Positions 63,951-64,000 of a stretch of 64,000 nucleotides of DNA are shown in pieces (within the stretch, counting starts at the first letter, position 1; every line of letters starts with the position of its first letter). The translations under genes and the position numbers were made by a program. The notes below the pieces were generated by a model that ran no database searches, was not told the DNA's origin, and saw nothing but the letters and a program-made list of their open reading frames with translations. The DNA comes from Octopus sinensis. Its lineage: Eukaryota. The DNA is taken from assembly GCF_006345805.1 (NCBI RefSeq), contig NC_043001.1:77500001-77564000 (forward strand). Reading direction: 5' to 3'.

Positions 63951-64000
63951 ATAATAATAAGCTCTGATGCAGTATCAAGCAATGGCTCTCATGTCGTATA

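Overview
Eukaryotic, AT-rich, microsatellite-saturated DNA. The tRNA-headed SINE families and (TA)n/(CA)n/(TATG)n density suggest an octopus/coleoid cephalopod genome (inference from repeat content). No host protein-coding gene can be assembled with confidence; only isolated candidate exons are visible, including a signal-peptide-like exon on the minus strand and a 9-nt microexon on the plus strand. The rest is transposon-derived: a near-full-length Penelope-like element (RT plus GIY-YIG, 15.9-19.5 kb), mariner, Tc1, hAT, Chapaev3-like and Helitron relics, CR1/L2-like and RTE LINE fragments, an ORF1-only (gag-knuckle) non-LTR element, many MITEs, and four SINE families. The main hidden signal is a set of hammerhead-ribozyme-like motifs in Penelope-type terminal repeats. 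(i) Minimal type I hammerheads with palindromic stem III, including a U3-A8 covariant core and a family with a non-A base at position 6. (ii) Two unrelated repeat families (50.9-51.9 kb, two copies 820 nt apart; 58.5 kb) carry all hammerhead core nucleotides and covarying stems, but in a rearranged, non-circularly permuted order that implies a triple pseudoknot, within a retrozyme-like non-coding tandem unit. All structures were read by eye and none has been tested. There is one 100-N assembly gap at 48534-48633.
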